A stretch of DNA of 64,000 bases from Nitrospirota bacterium (GCA_963663225.1 OY760142.1:3072001-3136000), one strand, 5' to 3'; shown: positions 11,559-25,035, counted from the stretch's first letter. Translations and numbers: made by a program. The notes: a model not told the origin generated them from the sequence alone.

Positions 11559-12458
11559 TCACGGGCTTTCTGAAAAAACCAATACGGGCTTGAGCAGTCC
11601 TGCACTGCTCTTGGCAAGAGCCACAAGCCTGCCGGAAGAGTCTTGAAGTCTGAAAAAGGTGTTTGTTTCATTATGATTCGCAGGACAAGCAATCTGATTA
11701 CCATGCTGAATCCTTCCGGATTCTTTCTCTGAAAGCAACACTTGAGGAAATTCTCCGAGTGCATCGCTGACAGATATGAGTAAATTCCGGATTTGTGAAA
11801 AATCATCAATATTCTCAAGCTGTTCAAGCGTTATCGCTTGTTGAATACTGAAATGGCCTGACCGGGTTCTTTCTAATTCTATAAGATGAGCGCCCATGCC
11901 AAGCGCCTCACCGATATCAGAACACAATGTCCTCACATATGTTCCGCGCGAGCACCTGACCGAAAAGGATACAAACGGATCATCATACGATCTCAGCTCG
12001 AGATTATAAATTTGCACCGGACGCGGCGAGAGCGGCTTCGCCTTTCCTTCCCGTGCCAATTTGTATGACGGAATCCCATCGACTTTAAGAGCCGAATACA
12101 CCGGCGGTTGCTGCATAAGAGGACCGGTGAAATTTTCCATAACTTCGATGATTTTGTTTCTGTCCAAGGGGAGATATGCTCTCCTGCCTGTTATCCGGCC
12201 ATCTGCATCAAGGGTGTCCGTCGTGACTCCCAACCGCATTACCGCCCTGTATTCTTTTTCCCCTGCCTCTATATATTGAGCGATTCTGGTTGCCTTGCCT
12301 ACACACAGGACAAGCACCCCGGTTGCAAGAGGATCAAGTGTGCCCGTGTGGCCGACCCGCATTTTTTTGAATATTCTGCGCACTCTTATAACGACATCAT
12401 GCGATGTCAGCCGGGGTGGTTTGTTGATATTAAGGACTCCGTCAATTGACGATATCAT
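11559..12458 (-). CDS. truB: tRNA pseudouridine(55) synthase
   Basis: VGHTGTLDPLATGVL, CSRGTYVRTL. Confidence 0.96.
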   Translation of the reverse strand: MISSIDGVLNINKPPRLTSHDVVIRVRRIFKKMRVGHTGTLDPLATGVLVLCVGKATRIAQYIEAGEKEYRAVMRLGVTTDTLDADGRITGRRAYLPLDRNKIIEVMENFTGPLMQQPPVYSALKVDGIPSYKLAREGKAKPLSPRPVQIYNLELRSYDDPFVSFSVRCSRGTYVRTLCSDIGEALGMGAHLIELERTRSGHFSIQQAITLEQLENIDDFSQIRNLLISVSDALGEFPQVLLSEKESGRIQHGNQIACPANHNETNTFFRLQDSSGRLVALAKSSAGLLKPVLVFSESP

Positions 12459-13431
12459 GCATCGTTCCCAGCTGCGCAGAAACTGTTTTCTCAAGGTCGC
12501 TGATGACCCGGTTTTTTACTTCTTCGAGTGCTCCGTTCAGCGTGCCTCCGGCAGCATTTTTATGACCGCCGCCGCCAAAAGACTGTGCCAAATGAGAAAG
12601 ATCAACCCGCCCTTTCGAACGAAGGCTTATTTTATACCGTGCTGTTTCCACCTGTCTGAACAAAACGGCAACTTCCACCCCTTTGATCGACCGCACGAAA
12701 TTTACAAAATTATCGGTATCTTCGCTTGTTGTTCCTGTTTGCCGATACAGATCATCGGTAATGACTACCCATGCTATCCTTCCGTCCTTGCTGCGCTCCA
12801 GGGCGGAAAGGACAATGCCGAGTAATTTCAACCGGCGGTATGCGAATGACTCATACACATTTTCTGTTACAAGCCAGGGGTCTGCCCCCGCCTCAAGCAA
12901 GGTTGCAGAAATTCTCATGCTTTCCGGAGTAGTATTGGAATAGCGGAAAGAACCGGTATCAGTAAAGATGGCAGTATACAAGCAGAGTGCGATATCACGG
13001 TCAAGGGTTATCCCAAGTCCAAGAATGAGCTTATAGACCATCTCACCGGTGGCTGACGCTTTCGGATCCAGCCACGTGTGGGGCCAGACGGATTGATTCG
13101 TCACATGGTGGTCTATATTAACAAGCACCTTTGCCGGCGGAGGATTGTCAAAGAGTGCGGTCCTCGCAGGATCGGCGTCAAGCACGATACAAACGTCATA
13201 TTCACCGGGCACACGAGTTCCTGTTTGTATCTCGTCAGCATGCGGCAAAAACCTGTAAAACTCAGGCACCGGATCCGCGTTAAACGCAGTAACGGTTTTC
13301 TGCAATTTTCTCAGGGCAAGCATGAGTGCGAGCTGGGAACCGAGTGCATCACCGTCTGGATTGACATGTACAGAAATCAAAACGCTGCTGCATCGTTTCA
13401 GCCTTTCTATGATCCCCGCAAGATCATTCAT
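12442..13431 (-). CDS. nrnA: DHH/DHHA1 bifunctional oligoribonuclease/pAp phosphatase
   Basis: [27 protein letters not shown]; usual position between rbfA and truB. Confidence 0.9.
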   Translation of the reverse strand: MNDLAGIIERLKRCSSVLISVHVNPDGDALGSQLALMLALRKLQKTVTAFNADPVPEFYRFLPHADEIQTGTRVPGEYDVCIVLDADPARTALFDNPPPAKVLVNIDHHVTNQSVWPHTWLDPKASATGEMVYKLILGLGITLDRDIALCLYTAIFTDTGSFRYSNTTPESMRISATLLEAGADPWLVTENVYESFAYRRLKLLGIVLSALERSKDGRIAWVVITDDLYRQTGTTSEDTDNFVNFVRSIKGVEVAVLFRQVETARYKISLRSKGRVDLSHLAQSFGGGGHKNAAGGTLNGALEEVKNRVISDLEKTVSAQLGTMHDIVN

Positions 13432-13801
13432 GTTCCTTGTCCTTTTTCTCTTTGTCCTCGCGTTCAATTTCCCGCAGAAGCTCCATGATATGGGCTCCCT
13501 GTTCCACGGTATTGTCGAATCGGAACAAAAGTTCCGGCACAAATTTCAAGCGCATCCGCTTGCCCAACTCGGCGCGAATGAAGGCGGAAGCGCTCCTTAA
13601 TCCTGCAAGTGACTTCTCCTTATCGCTCCCGTAGATACTTACAAAAACTTTTGCATTCTTGAGATCATCTGTCACTTCTACATCGGTAATCGTGACGAAT
13701 CCGATTCTCGGGTCCTTGATTTTACGCATCAGAATGTCAGCGATTTCCTGTTTCATCTGATCGCTGACACGTTCAGCTCTTTTAAAAGTCGGTTTTGACA
13801 T
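13424..13801 (-). CDS. rbfA: Ribosome-binding factor A
   Basis: [30 protein letters not shown]. Confidence 0.96.
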   Translation of the reverse strand: MSKPTFKRAERVSDQMKQEIADILMRKIKDPRIGFVTITDVEVTDDLKNAKVFVSIYGSDKEKSLAGLRSASAFIRAELGKRMRLKFVPELLFRFDNTVEQGAHIMELLREIEREDKEKKDKEHE

Positions 13802-13895
13802 GGTAATTAGAAAGTCAGGGGCGGACAGGTTGAGTCAGGCATAGCGGCGACAGTCATAAGCGCTGTGCCCAGTGCTGACCATAGGCCCTTGATCC

Positions 13896-14177
13896 TCAGA
13901 AAATCTCAATATGATAATCCAGCAGGCTTATTTCCGGCACACCACGAACCATGTTCAAAACATGGTCCAGCGTCTGGTTAAGGTGGGATTTATCATTGCT
14001 AACTGCCGCTACTGCAAGTGATGCTTTCTGCCAGAGATCGTTGTCTTCTATCTCTGCCACGGAAACATTGAATTTATTTCGTATCCTGTCCTTCAAGCTG
14101 CGGAGAGAGTGCCTTTTTGTTTTCAGTGAGCCGCTTTCCGGAACATGTATTTCGATGGTACAAACGCCAATGAACAT
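13896..14177 (-). CDS. DUF503 (YlxP) family protein
   Basis: SLKTKR...KFNVSVAE...DLWQ; usual position between infB and rbfA. Confidence 0.9.
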   Translation of the reverse strand: MFIGVCTIEIHVPESGSLKTKRHSLRSLKDRIRNKFNVSVAEIEDNDLWQKASLAVAAVSNDKSHLNQTLDHVLNMVRGVPEISLLDYHIEIF

Positions 14178-14244
14178 GACTGTTACACTTTAAAAAGCTG
14201 TTGAATTTCAGCAGCGTGTTTCGGCAAATTCGAAGATTTTTTTA

Positions 14245-16827
<2,583 letters not shown>

Positions 16828-16903
16828 AAAAGCACATACCCCCGAAAGGTCATTAATAATAATTTGATTATTGTACTCTACTCACTCGTATTTATCAAGC
16901 CTT

Positions 16904-17509
16904 TTAATGCTGACGGTCATTCCGTTGCAGCACGTTTAATCTTTCCGTTTCCTGTGTGAGCGCACGGGCAAAACCCTTGTCCTGGATCGCAATCACACCT
17001 ACCAACTCCCGATTGAGAAGACTGCCGAATTTGTCGCGGGTAAACAGGGTCGCATGGGGAACTGTTGTATTTAAAATCGCCACGGATTCCCTGGTATTCC
17101 CGGAGATGTCCTGCGCAAACAACAGCATTTCAACAGTCTCTTTTTCAACTGCGTCCTTCACTGCTGAATAGCCTGCAGCCAGTTTACCTGCTTTTGCCGA
17201 CATGGCAATAAGCGACTCTATTCTTTCTTCAATACGGATGACAAGCCCTGCAATAAAGTCATCGTAAGAAGGTGTCTTGACTTTGAGACGAAGCGCCTTA
17301 GACAGATGATCCTTGCTGAGTGCATTTCTGATACACTCAGTCCGGGGACAAACATAAACGGCACGCCCCGGTAATTTTTCCCGGTAGTCAATGACAAGTC
17401 CTGATTGGCCTGATACAGATGGCGCCCCTTCGGCCACAATCCTGACCACTTCGCCTTTCTTAAATATGCTCCGGCATCCAATGCACGTTCTCTCTGGTTG
17501 ATGTTTCAT
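16904..17509 (-). CDS. YlxR (DUF448)-L7Ae(YlxQ-like) fusion RNA-binding protein
   Basis: N-terminal PERTCIGCR...GRAVYVCP; C-terminal AKAGKLAAG...LFAQDIS L7Ae-like domain. Confidence 0.85.
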   Translation of the reverse strand: MKHQPERTCIGCRSIFKKGEVVRIVAEGAPSVSGQSGLVIDYREKLPGRAVYVCPRTECIRNALSKDHLSKALRLKVKTPSYDDFIAGLVIRIEERIESLIAMSAKAGKLAAGYSAVKDAVEKETVEMLLFAQDISGNTRESVAILNTTVPHATLFTRDKFGSLLNRELVGVIAIQDKGFARALTQETERLNVLQRNDRQH

Positions 17510-17578
17510 GGCCGTTTAAAACCCATGCTGCCGATATCAGGTATCACGTCGTTCATGCCGAATTTTCATCAAGAGCGG

Positions 17579-18937
17579 TTATTGCTGCAGCAATGCCCGT
17601 GCCGCCAGAAGTATCTTTTGAGCCGTTTTTTCACCAATGCCGGGGACTGCTAAAATTTCCTCATCCGACATTGCGGCAATTTTTTCAACCGTATCATAGC
17701 CCGCCTGTCTGAGTTGTTCGGCGGTCTTGGGCCCTACTCCGTCTATGAGAGTCAAGTCCTTTCCCGCGGCAAGGCTATTATCCTCAGCTGGGGATTCTGT
17801 TTCTGTCGTCCCCACACCTTCTGGTTCTTCATCCATCTCCCGCCGTTTCCGGGTTTCTTCAACAATAGCCGCTTCTATTTCCTGCTCGCGCTCTTTCTGG
17901 CGCTCCTGATCGTATTCGGATTCGCTCAAAATATCTATTTTCCAACCGGTAAGCTTTGCCGCAAGCCTGACATTCTGACCTTTTTTCCCGATGGCGAGCG
18001 AGAGTTGGGAATCGGCCACAACCGCCAGTGCCGAACGGTCTTCCTCAGTGACGCCTACTTTTTCCACCACGGCGGGACTTAATGCTTTGGCAATAAAAAT
18101 GCGCGGATCTTCCGACCAGGGAATAATATCGATTTTTTCACCACGAAGTTCCCGAACCACCGCCTGCACCCGCGAGCCTTTCATGCCGACACAGGCACCC
18201 ACCGGATCCACCTGAGCGTCCTTGGTACTGACGGCAATCTTGGTCCGGTCTCCTGCCTCGCGCACCACCCCTTTGACTTCGACGATATTTTCGTATATTT
18301 CAGGTACTTCCATTTCAAACAATTTAGATACGAATTCCGGATGTGCCCGGGAAAGCACCACCTGCGGTCCTTTGGACGTGTCCCGAACTTCGAGTACGTA
18401 CGCTCTGACGCGATCTCCTCTCCGGTAGTTTTCACGCTGTACCTGCTCACGAGCAGGCAACACGGCTTCCGTTTTTCCGAGATCAATATAATACGCTCCC
18501 TTTTCATGACGAAGAACAATGCCGTTCACAAGCTGGCCTATTTTGTCATTGAACTCCTTCAGAATAACGTCTCGCTCCGCTTCACGCACCTTTTGGACGA
18601 TAACCTGCCGTGCAGTCTGGGCGGCAATTCTGCCGAATCCCTGGAACTCCACCTGTAACGGAACTTCTCCGTCCATCTGCGCATCAGGGAACAGCGCCTG
18701 CGCGTCTTCCAGAGTAATTTCCTCTTCAGGGTTTGCAATGACAGGTACGACCTTCTTATAGGCATACATGATAATATCACCGCGTTTGGGATCGATCTGT
18801 ACGGCAATTCTTTGTGCGCCGTACCTTTTCTTTGCGGCACTTACAAGGGCAGATTCAACCGCTTCAATCACCATCTCCTTTGAAATCCCTTTTTCCTTGC
18901 TGATCTGATCGATTACCTGAATTAATTCTTGACTCAT
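17579..18937 (-). CDS. nusA: Transcription termination/antitermination factor NusA with C-terminal HhH domain
   Basis: FGRIAAQTARQVI, DPVGACVGMKGSRV, AIGKKGQNVRLA; GGAGG RBS before ATG 18937. Confidence 0.97.
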   Translation of the reverse strand: MSQELIQVIDQISKEKGISKEMVIEAVESALVSAAKKRYGAQRIAVQIDPKRGDIIMYAYKKVVPVIANPEEEITLEDAQALFPDAQMDGEVPLQVEFQGFGRIAAQTARQVIVQKVREAERDVILKEFNDKIGQLVNGIVLRHEKGAYYIDLGKTEAVLPAREQVQRENYRRGDRVRAYVLEVRDTSKGPQVVLSRAHPEFVSKLFEMEVPEIYENIVEVKGVVREAGDRTKIAVSTKDAQVDPVGACVGMKGSRVQAVVRELRGEKIDIIPWSEDPRIFIAKALSPAVVEKVGVTEEDRSALAVVADSQLSLAIGKKGQNVRLAAKLTGWKIDILSESEYDQERQKEREQEIEAAIVEETRKRREMDEEPEGVGTTETESPAEDNSLAAGKDLTLIDGVGPKTAEQLRQAGYDTVEKIAAMSDEEILAVPGIGEKTAQKILLAARALLQQ

Positions 18938-18998
18938 AGCCAATTGTCCTCCTGCAGAATCTTTTATATAAAAATAATGAATAAAGTCTTTGTCCCAG

Positions 18999-19460
18999 TT
19001 ACAGCACCACCTCAAGAGAGGCTTTCGCAACCGTACTCAACATAATCTCTAATAGAGTCCCATCCTCCAGCTCGAGACTAATTTTGTTTTCAGTCATACC
19101 GAGCAGTTTTCCCCGGAAAACCTTTTGTCCGTTGATTTGCTGATACGTTTTAACTTTTATCATGCTTCCGAAAAATCTTGCGAAATGTTCCGGCCTCGTC
19201 AGACTGCGATCAAGACCCGGCGAAGAGACTTCCAAGACATACGAATGGGTGATAACGTCTTCAACGTCAAGGAGGGCGCTCAGATCCCTGCTCACCGCCT
19301 CGCAGTCGTTCAGCGTTACACCGCCCTGTTCCCGGTCAATGTACACTCTCAGAAGCCATTTCGGACCTTGTTGCTGGAATTCCAGATCCCAGAGAACTAG
19401 CCCCAGAGATTCCAGAATAGGGACGAGCAACTGCCGTATCTGCTCCACAACCTTTGACAC
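18999..19460 (-). CDS. rimP: Ribosome maturation factor RimP
   Basis: LRVYIDR, YVLEVSSPGLDR; GTG start with AGGAG RBS. Confidence 0.95.
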   Translation of the reverse strand: MSKVVEQIRQLLVPILESLGLVLWDLEFQQQGPKWLLRVYIDREQGGVTLNDCEAVSRDLSALLDVEDVITHSYVLEVSSPGLDRSLTRPEHFARFFGSMIKVKTYQQINGQKVFRGKLLGMTENKISLELEDGTLLEIMLSTVAKASLEVVL

Positions 19461-19478
19461 GTCTTTTCTCCTAAACAA

Positions 19479-19507
19479 AAAGAGTGGGCAATAAATGCCC
19501 ACTCTTT
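19479..19507 (-). promoter_or_regulatory. rimP leader hairpin
   Basis: 12-bp stem AAAGAGTGGGCA/TGCCCACTCTTT just upstream of the rimP RBS; GGGC...GCCC core like the known rimP leader. Confidence 0.7.
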
Positions 19508-19581
19508 GAGAGTTTTCCCAGAGTGTTGAGTATCTTGTAGCATAACAGAACAAGGAATGCAAGTAAAAAATGGCTCGTTGC

Positions 19582-20070
19582 TCAATATTCCGGCGGGATG
19601 TCACCCGTACGTGCCCTGCGGTACCATTCCAGAAACTGTACCGTAGCGGGGTCCCCTTCCGGAGGGGCCCAGGCCGCAAGATTGGTCTCAGCGAGAGGGA
19701 CATACGGCCCCTGCTTTACCTCGAAAACAACCGTATTTGTTTCCAGCGATATCGGAGCATGCCAGGTATTCGAGGGAAATTCAACAGCCCGTGTTTTCCC
19801 ATCGGCAGTCAAAACCGCACGGTCAAAGACTTTTCCTGTGTCATCAAAAAAAAGGATTACAGCAGACCCCCGCAGGATCATGAGTATTTCCCAGGTTTCC
19901 GGATCTGAGTGCCGGTGCGGCCGGACATAGGTGTCCGGTTCCATGGCAATGCACAGCCGCTGTACCGGATCACCCAATTCAGGATGAAAATTATGGTGAG
20001 CCCGCTTGCGTGTTGAGTCCTTTGCCTTGCCGGAGAGCGAGTCTAACAGTATTGTATCGATCAGTTTCAC
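19582..20070 (-). CDS. WbuC-family cupin-fold metalloprotein
   Basis: RKRAHHNFH, VQRL, YVRPHRH, FEVKQGPY. Confidence 0.85.
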   Translation of the reverse strand: MKLIDTILLDSLSGKAKDSTRKRAHHNFHPELGDPVQRLCIAMEPDTYVRPHRHSDPETWEILMILRGSAVILFFDDTGKVFDRAVLTADGKTRAVEFPSNTWHAPISLETNTVVFEVKQGPYVPLAETNLAAWAPPEGDPATVQFLEWYRRARTGDIPPEY

Positions 20071-20141
20071 GAGTCTATATCTCCACTTTCAGGATCCAAA
20101 ATTAAAGAAAATACGTTTAGAAAAAGGATTTATCGGAATAT

Positions 20142-21122
20142 TCAGGAACATTTATGCAGGTATGCAACAGCTTCCTTGGCAAAATAAGTCAGTATCATAT
20201 CCGCACCGGCACGCTTGATGGCAATAAGGGATTCCATCATGGCCCGCTCGCCATCCATCCAGCCGAGTTTATCGGCAGCCTTGATCATGGAATACTCGCC
20301 GCTTACGTTGTAAGCTGCGACAGGCAGGCTGAACTGCTGCTTTATCTGGTAGATAATATCCAGATAAGCAAGGGCTGGCTTCACCATCACAATATCCGCC
20401 CCTTCGTCAATGTCAAGAGCCGCTTCCCGAATCGCTTCCCGGCTGTTCGGGGGGTCCATCTGATAAGTGCGTCGATCACCAAATTGCGGCGCACAGTCTG
20501 CAGCGTCTCTAAACGGACCATAGAAGCTGGATGCGTATTTGACCGCATAGGACATAATCGGGACATCATGATAACCGCCGCCGTCCAGCGCAGCGCGAAT
20601 CGCCCCTACTCGTCCGTCCATCATATCGGAAGGAGCGACCATGTCCGCACCCGCTTTGACGTGAGAAACCGCCTCTCTGGCGAGGAGCTCAAGCGTAGCA
20701 TCATTTTGGACCTTGCCGTGCTTAACGATGCCGCAGTGGCCGTGACTTGTGTATTCACAGAGGCAGACGTCCGTAATTACGGTGAGCTCGGGCATCTTGT
20801 GTTTGATGGCTTTGATCGCATGCTGGATAATTCCTTCATCAGAATAAGCTTCGCTCCCAAGCTCATCCTTGTGTTTTGGAATTCCAAACAGAATAACAGC
20901 CGGAATACCGAGTTGCTGGATGTCTTCGCAGTCTTTCACAATATTATCGATGGATTGCTGATATTGACCCGGCATGGACGTGATTTCTTGCTTCACCTCC
21001 CTGCCGTGGGTCACAAAAAGCGGACAAATAAAATCATCCGGCGAGAGTGTTGTTTCCCGAATCATACGCCGCAGATTTTCGTTCAAACGAAGTCTTCTGG
21101 GTCTGAACAGAGGCTGGAACAT
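20142..21122 (-). CDS. hemB: Porphobilinogen synthase
   Basis: [14 protein letters not shown] Zn site, [15 protein letters not shown]. Confidence 0.97.
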   Translation of the reverse strand: MFQPLFRPRRLRLNENLRRMIRETTLSPDDFICPLFVTHGREVKQEITSMPGQYQQSIDNIVKDCEDIQQLGIPAVILFGIPKHKDELGSEAYSDEGIIQHAIKAIKHKMPELTVITDVCLCEYTSHGHCGIVKHGKVQNDATLELLAREAVSHVKAGADMVAPSDMMDGRVGAIRAALDGGGYHDVPIMSYAVKYASSFYGPFRDAADCAPQFGDRRTYQMDPPNSREAIREAALDIDEGADIVMVKPALAYLDIIYQIKQQFSLPVAAYNVSGEYSMIKAADKLGWMDGERAMMESLIAIKRAGADMILTYFAKEAVAYLHKCS

Positions 21123-21212
21123 ACCATCTCCTGCAGAGATCAACCAATTACCGGCAAAATAGGCTTAAAAAAAACAGCCTGACATTTAAACAATTGAACA
21201 TACGATTATGCT

Positions 21213-21581
21213 TCACCTGCATCCGCATCCGCCCGAGCTGCAACCGCCGGTTGTGTTATCTGCGTCATCTCCGCAGCCGCAGTTTCCTTCCTGCGAACCG
21301 CCGGGAAAACCAAGAACAAAGCCCGATCCGTGTTCATCGTTTACAAAGTTAAGCTCGGCGCCCTCTAAGGTCTTGGCAGTTGATGCATCAACGAAAACCC
21401 TGGCTCCGTTTTTTTCCACTACCGTGTCGCCGTCTCCTGTTGCTTCATCGATCATGATTTCGTATGACGGGCCACAACACCCGCCATCGGTTGCAACAAC
21501 GCGCAGCGCATGGGTTGGAACGCCTTCGATTTTGAGTATTTCCTTTATTTTATCAGCTGCAATTTCAGTTATTGTTATCAC
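21213..21581 (-). CDS. HesB/IscA/ErpA-family Fe-S cluster carrier
   Basis: ITITEIAA, GGCCG, VFVD, CGCG; extra Cys-rich tail; GGAGG RBS. Confidence 0.85.
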   Translation of the reverse strand: MITITEIAADKIKEILKIEGVPTHALRVVATDGGCCGPSYEIMIDEATGDGDTVVEKNGARVFVDASTAKTLEGAELNFVNDEHGSGFVLGFPGGSQEGNCGCGDDADNTTGGCSSGGCGCR

Positions 21582-21800
21582 AAAACCTCCTGTTTATCAC
21601 GCTGTTATCGCATGCAAAGCCCCGGAGTCCGGTACTTTCATACGCCTTAAGTTTCCTTTAAACTGAGGAAATCTGTACGGCATTAGCTCTATTGCGTTTC
21701 CTGATATATACTATGTTTCAGGACGTATTTCAAGAAAATTACGTGCAAGAAGGAATGGTGCTCCCGCGTTTATTCAATCCAGTGGTGCATACTTCTGATC

Positions 21801-22730
21801 CTAGCTTTTTCCGTAAACCTCATTCAAGATTGCGTCCGCGCCCCGGGAGAGAAGGTTCTCAGCGAGCGTTGTTCCCAGTTGCTCAACTCTCGCCGGGTCT
21901 CCGATCAAGCTGCCTTTAACAACACGACTGCCGTCCACACTGGCCACCAGTCCCGCAAGATGCACGGTTTCATTCTGCATGTGTGCGTAACATGCGATGG
22001 GAACCTGGCAACCGCCTTCGAGTCTGCGAAGAAGCGCACGTTCGCCCACAATGCAGGCACGGCTGTCTGGATCGTTGAAAAAAGAAAGCAGTTCGTTCAA
22101 TTGGCCGTCCCGTATGCGGCATTCAATGCCGAGGGCTCCCTGGCCTATTGCCGGCAGGCTGATTTCAGTTGATAAGTATTCCGCGACATCCGCTGCAAAT
22201 CCAAGCCGTTTGACGCCGGCTGCCGCAAGAACAATGGCATCGAAATGACCTTCGCGCAATCTTCGTATCCTGGTGTCCACGTTTCCGCGAAGCTGATGGA
22301 TTTGCAGGTCAGGACGGGCATGCATCAGCTGGGCCTGCCGCCGCAAACTGCTCGTGCCTACTTTTGCTCCTTTCGGCAAATCGGAAAATTTCATCCTGTT
22401 TTGAGAAAGCAATGCGTCTCGCGGATCTTCACGTCTTGTTATAGCACCGAGATGGAGACCTTCCGGCAGAGCTGTGGGTACGTCTTTCATGCTGTGCACA
22501 GCTAAATCAATTTCTTCAGCAAAAAGAGCTTCTTCTATTTCCTTTACGAACAATCCCTTGCCGCCGACTTTTGCAAGAGGGACATCGAGTATTTTGTCTC
22601 CTGTGGTCTTGATTCTGACAAGAGAAACGGCAACCTCCGGATATTTTTTCTCAAGCTCCGACTTCACCCATTCTGCCTGCCAAAGCGCCAGCGCGCTTCC
22701 CCGGGTACCGATTTTAATGTGATTTTTCAT
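21801..22730 (-). CDS. hemC: Hydroxymethylbilane synthase
   Basis: IGTRGSALALWQA, GGKGLFVKE, VHSMKD, EGGCQVP. Confidence 0.97.
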   Translation of the reverse strand: MKNHIKIGTRGSALALWQAEWVKSELEKKYPEVAVSLVRIKTTGDKILDVPLAKVGGKGLFVKEIEEALFAEEIDLAVHSMKDVPTALPEGLHLGAITRREDPRDALLSQNRMKFSDLPKGAKVGTSSLRRQAQLMHARPDLQIHQLRGNVDTRIRRLREGHFDAIVLAAAGVKRLGFAADVAEYLSTEISLPAIGQGALGIECRIRDGQLNELLSFFNDPDSRACIVGERALLRRLEGGCQVPIACYAHMQNETVHLAGLVASVDGSRVVKGSLIGDPARVEQLGTTLAENLLSRGADAILNEVYGKS

Positions 22731-24063
22731 TTTTGTCGCTCTCAGATCCGCTTTCCCGGATCGATCCAAAACCTTTTTCGTGCACGTGTTTTTTTAACTT
22801 TTTATCCAGGTTGAATATCCTTCTGACAACGGCGAAAAGGCCGCTGTTTTCCGGATCGGAAGCAGACTGTTTCAAAACTACGATTGGTGCGTGGATAATT
22901 TTATTGACTATCGCCGACGACATGGCTTCAATCAGGTCCCGCTGTTTCTCAGTAATATCACCCAGCTGGGAAAACGTCTTGTCCACTTCTTTTCGCCTGA
23001 TAGTCTCGACTTTTTCACGAAGTTCAACAATGGTAGGAACCGCGTCCAGGGACTGTTCCCATTGCTGGTATGTCTGCACTTCCTGCGCAATGATATGCTC
23101 CGCTTTTTCGGCTTCCTTCGCCCTGCCTTCTCTGTTTAAGTCGACCACACCCTGAAGGTCATCGATGTCAAAGAGAAACACATTGTCTATCTTATTGACC
23201 TCGGGATCGATGTTTCTCGGGACTGAAATGTCGATCATGAAAATCGGCTTATTTCGCCGCGACTTGAGCACCCTGTTCACAATGGCCGGCCCGATGACGA
23301 AGGTCGGGGAACCGGTAGAACAGATGAGGATATCGGCCATGACCATTTCAGACGGGAAATCCTCAAAGTGAACAGCGCTTCCGCAAAGTTCCCGCGCAAG
23401 CTCTACGGCATGTTCGAAAGTACGGTTTGCCACCAGAACGTTCTTAACGCCGTTGTTCTTGAAATGCCGGGCAGCCAATTCTGCCATCACTCCTGCACCG
23501 AGAAGCATAGCGGTTTTTTCTTCGAGATTGCCGAAAATCTTCCGGCTCAGTTCCACTGCCGCAAAACTGACCGATACCGCACTCTCGGCTATTTTGGTTT
23601 CCGTCCGTATGCGCTTGGCAACGGAGATTGATTTTTGAATCAATTTATTCAGCATCATGCCCGTGGTTTTTGTCCGGAGCGCAACATCGAAAGATTCTTT
23701 CAATTGGCCGAGAATCTGCGGTTCCCCCACTACCATAGAGTCAAGGCTTGATGCCACCCGGAAAGCATGACGGATTCCGTCTGCATCAGAATGAATGTAC
23801 AGGGATCGTGCAAGGGAATCAGGAGTAAGATTGTGGTATGACGAAATGAATTGCTTGATTTGGCCTACACCAGCTGCGGCATCATGGACGTATGCGTAAA
23901 TCTCAACTCGATTGCATGTTGAAAGAATAAGAGCTTCACGGATGCTCTCGTAGCGCATAAGGCTCGCGAGGGCTTCCGGCATCATCTCGTTTGGGAACGA
24001 GAGCTTTTCCCGGACCTCTACAGGCGCTGTTTTATGGCTTAGGCCGACGACAACAATGCTCAA
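22714..24063 (-). CDS. hemA: Glutamyl-tRNA reductase
   Basis: HKTAPVEVRE, LSTCNRVEIY, SSLDSMVVGEPQILGQ. Confidence 0.97.
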   Translation of the reverse strand: MSIVVVGLSHKTAPVEVREKLSFPNEMMPEALASLMRYESIREALILSTCNRVEIYAYVHDAAAGVGQIKQFISSYHNLTPDSLARSLYIHSDADGIRHAFRVASSLDSMVVGEPQILGQLKESFDVALRTKTTGMMLNKLIQKSISVAKRIRTETKIAESAVSVSFAAVELSRKIFGNLEEKTAMLLGAGVMAELAARHFKNNGVKNVLVANRTFEHAVELARELCGSAVHFEDFPSEMVMADILICSTGSPTFVIGPAIVNRVLKSRRNKPIFMIDISVPRNIDPEVNKIDNVFLFDIDDLQGVVDLNREGRAKEAEKAEHIIAQEVQTYQQWEQSLDAVPTIVELREKVETIRRKEVDKTFSQLGDITEKQRDLIEAMSSAIVNKIIHAPIVVLKQSASDPENSGLFAVVRRIFNLDKKLKKHVHEKGFGSIRESGSESDKNEKSH

Positions 24064-24075
24064 TTGAACATCACC

Positions 24076-24888
24076 TTAAAAACCGTGTTTTCCCATCGGG
24101 AGGCGGGTTACTACATAGAAACTGATCAGAACAAAAACAAAACCCAAAATAGAGAGAAATGCCATTTTCCGACCGCGCCATCCTACCGTACGGAGATGGA
24201 GAAGGACAAGGTAAACGACCCAAGTAACAAGAGACGATGTCTCTTTCGGGTCCCAGTTCCAGTAGGTTCCCCACGCACTGTTGGCCCAAATAGAACCGCT
24301 CACGATGCCGAGCGTAAACAGCGGCCATCCAAAGGTTAAGGCACGATATGCAAGCGTATCCATGAGCTCGAGAGAAGGAAGCCGATGGAAGAAAACGCCT
24401 CTGCTCTTTGCTTTGAGTTGGCGTTCCTGGATAAGGTACATAATTGAAACAATGCAGGAAAAAGCAAATGCAGCGTCTCCGAGAACCGACAAGCTTGTAT
24501 GGACACCCAGCCAGCCGCTTTTCAACAACGGATTAAGCTCCCGTATCTCTCCGGATGAGGCAAGTGCGGGAATCATAAGCAGAATCACCAGCGGCAGCAG
24601 GAAGGAGCCGAGGGCGGCAATTTTGAAGCGCAGTTCCAAAAATAGAAACACCAGAACAATTCCCATGCCGAGAAAGCTTGATGCCTCAAAGAAGTTGGTG
24701 ATAGGAAGCCGCCCGGATTCAAACCATCGAACACCAAAAAATCCAAGGTGGAGCAAAAAACCGCATGCAGCGCACCAAAAAGACACTCTTGCTGTCCACG
24801 AGAGACCGGGCCTCATGATAAACGCAATATATCCTGCGGCCGCAAGCACGTATGCGCATATTGCTGTGTAGAAAAAATAGAGGTTCAT
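24076..24888 (-). CDS. ccsA: Cytochrome c biogenesis protein CcsA/CcsB (system II)
   Basis: WWD motif GSIWANSAWGTYWNWDPKET; multiple TM helices; upstream of hemA. Confidence 0.9.
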   Translation of the reverse strand: MNLYFFYTAICAYVLAAAGYIAFIMRPGLSWTARVSFWCAACGFLLHLGFFGVRWFESGRLPITNFFEASSFLGMGIVLVFLFLELRFKIAALGSFLLPLVILLMIPALASSGEIRELNPLLKSGWLGVHTSLSVLGDAAFAFSCIVSIMYLIQERQLKAKSRGVFFHRLPSLELMDTLAYRALTFGWPLFTLGIVSGSIWANSAWGTYWNWDPKETSSLVTWVVYLVLLHLRTVGWRGRKMAFLSILGFVFVLISFYVVTRLPMGKHGF

Positions 24889-25035
24889 ACCATTATACCT
24901 CTGAATCATTGGTGCAAAGACTGTTACGTCAACCGACGCTGACGGGAAATAAGAGGGAGAAACGGACACTTGTTTCGGACAAACAGCGTTTTACATCAGC
25001 AAATACATGCTAGATGATATCTTGCCGCTTCTTTT

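Noticed and set aside
20154-21182. Long antisense ORFs (342 aa over hemB; also 27725-28792, 9242-10141, 47297-48628)
   Set aside because: Shadow frames opposite well-conserved genes with no recognisable motifs
21470-21490. Possible selenocysteine in the HesB-like protein
   Set aside because: Codons are TGT TGT, not TGA
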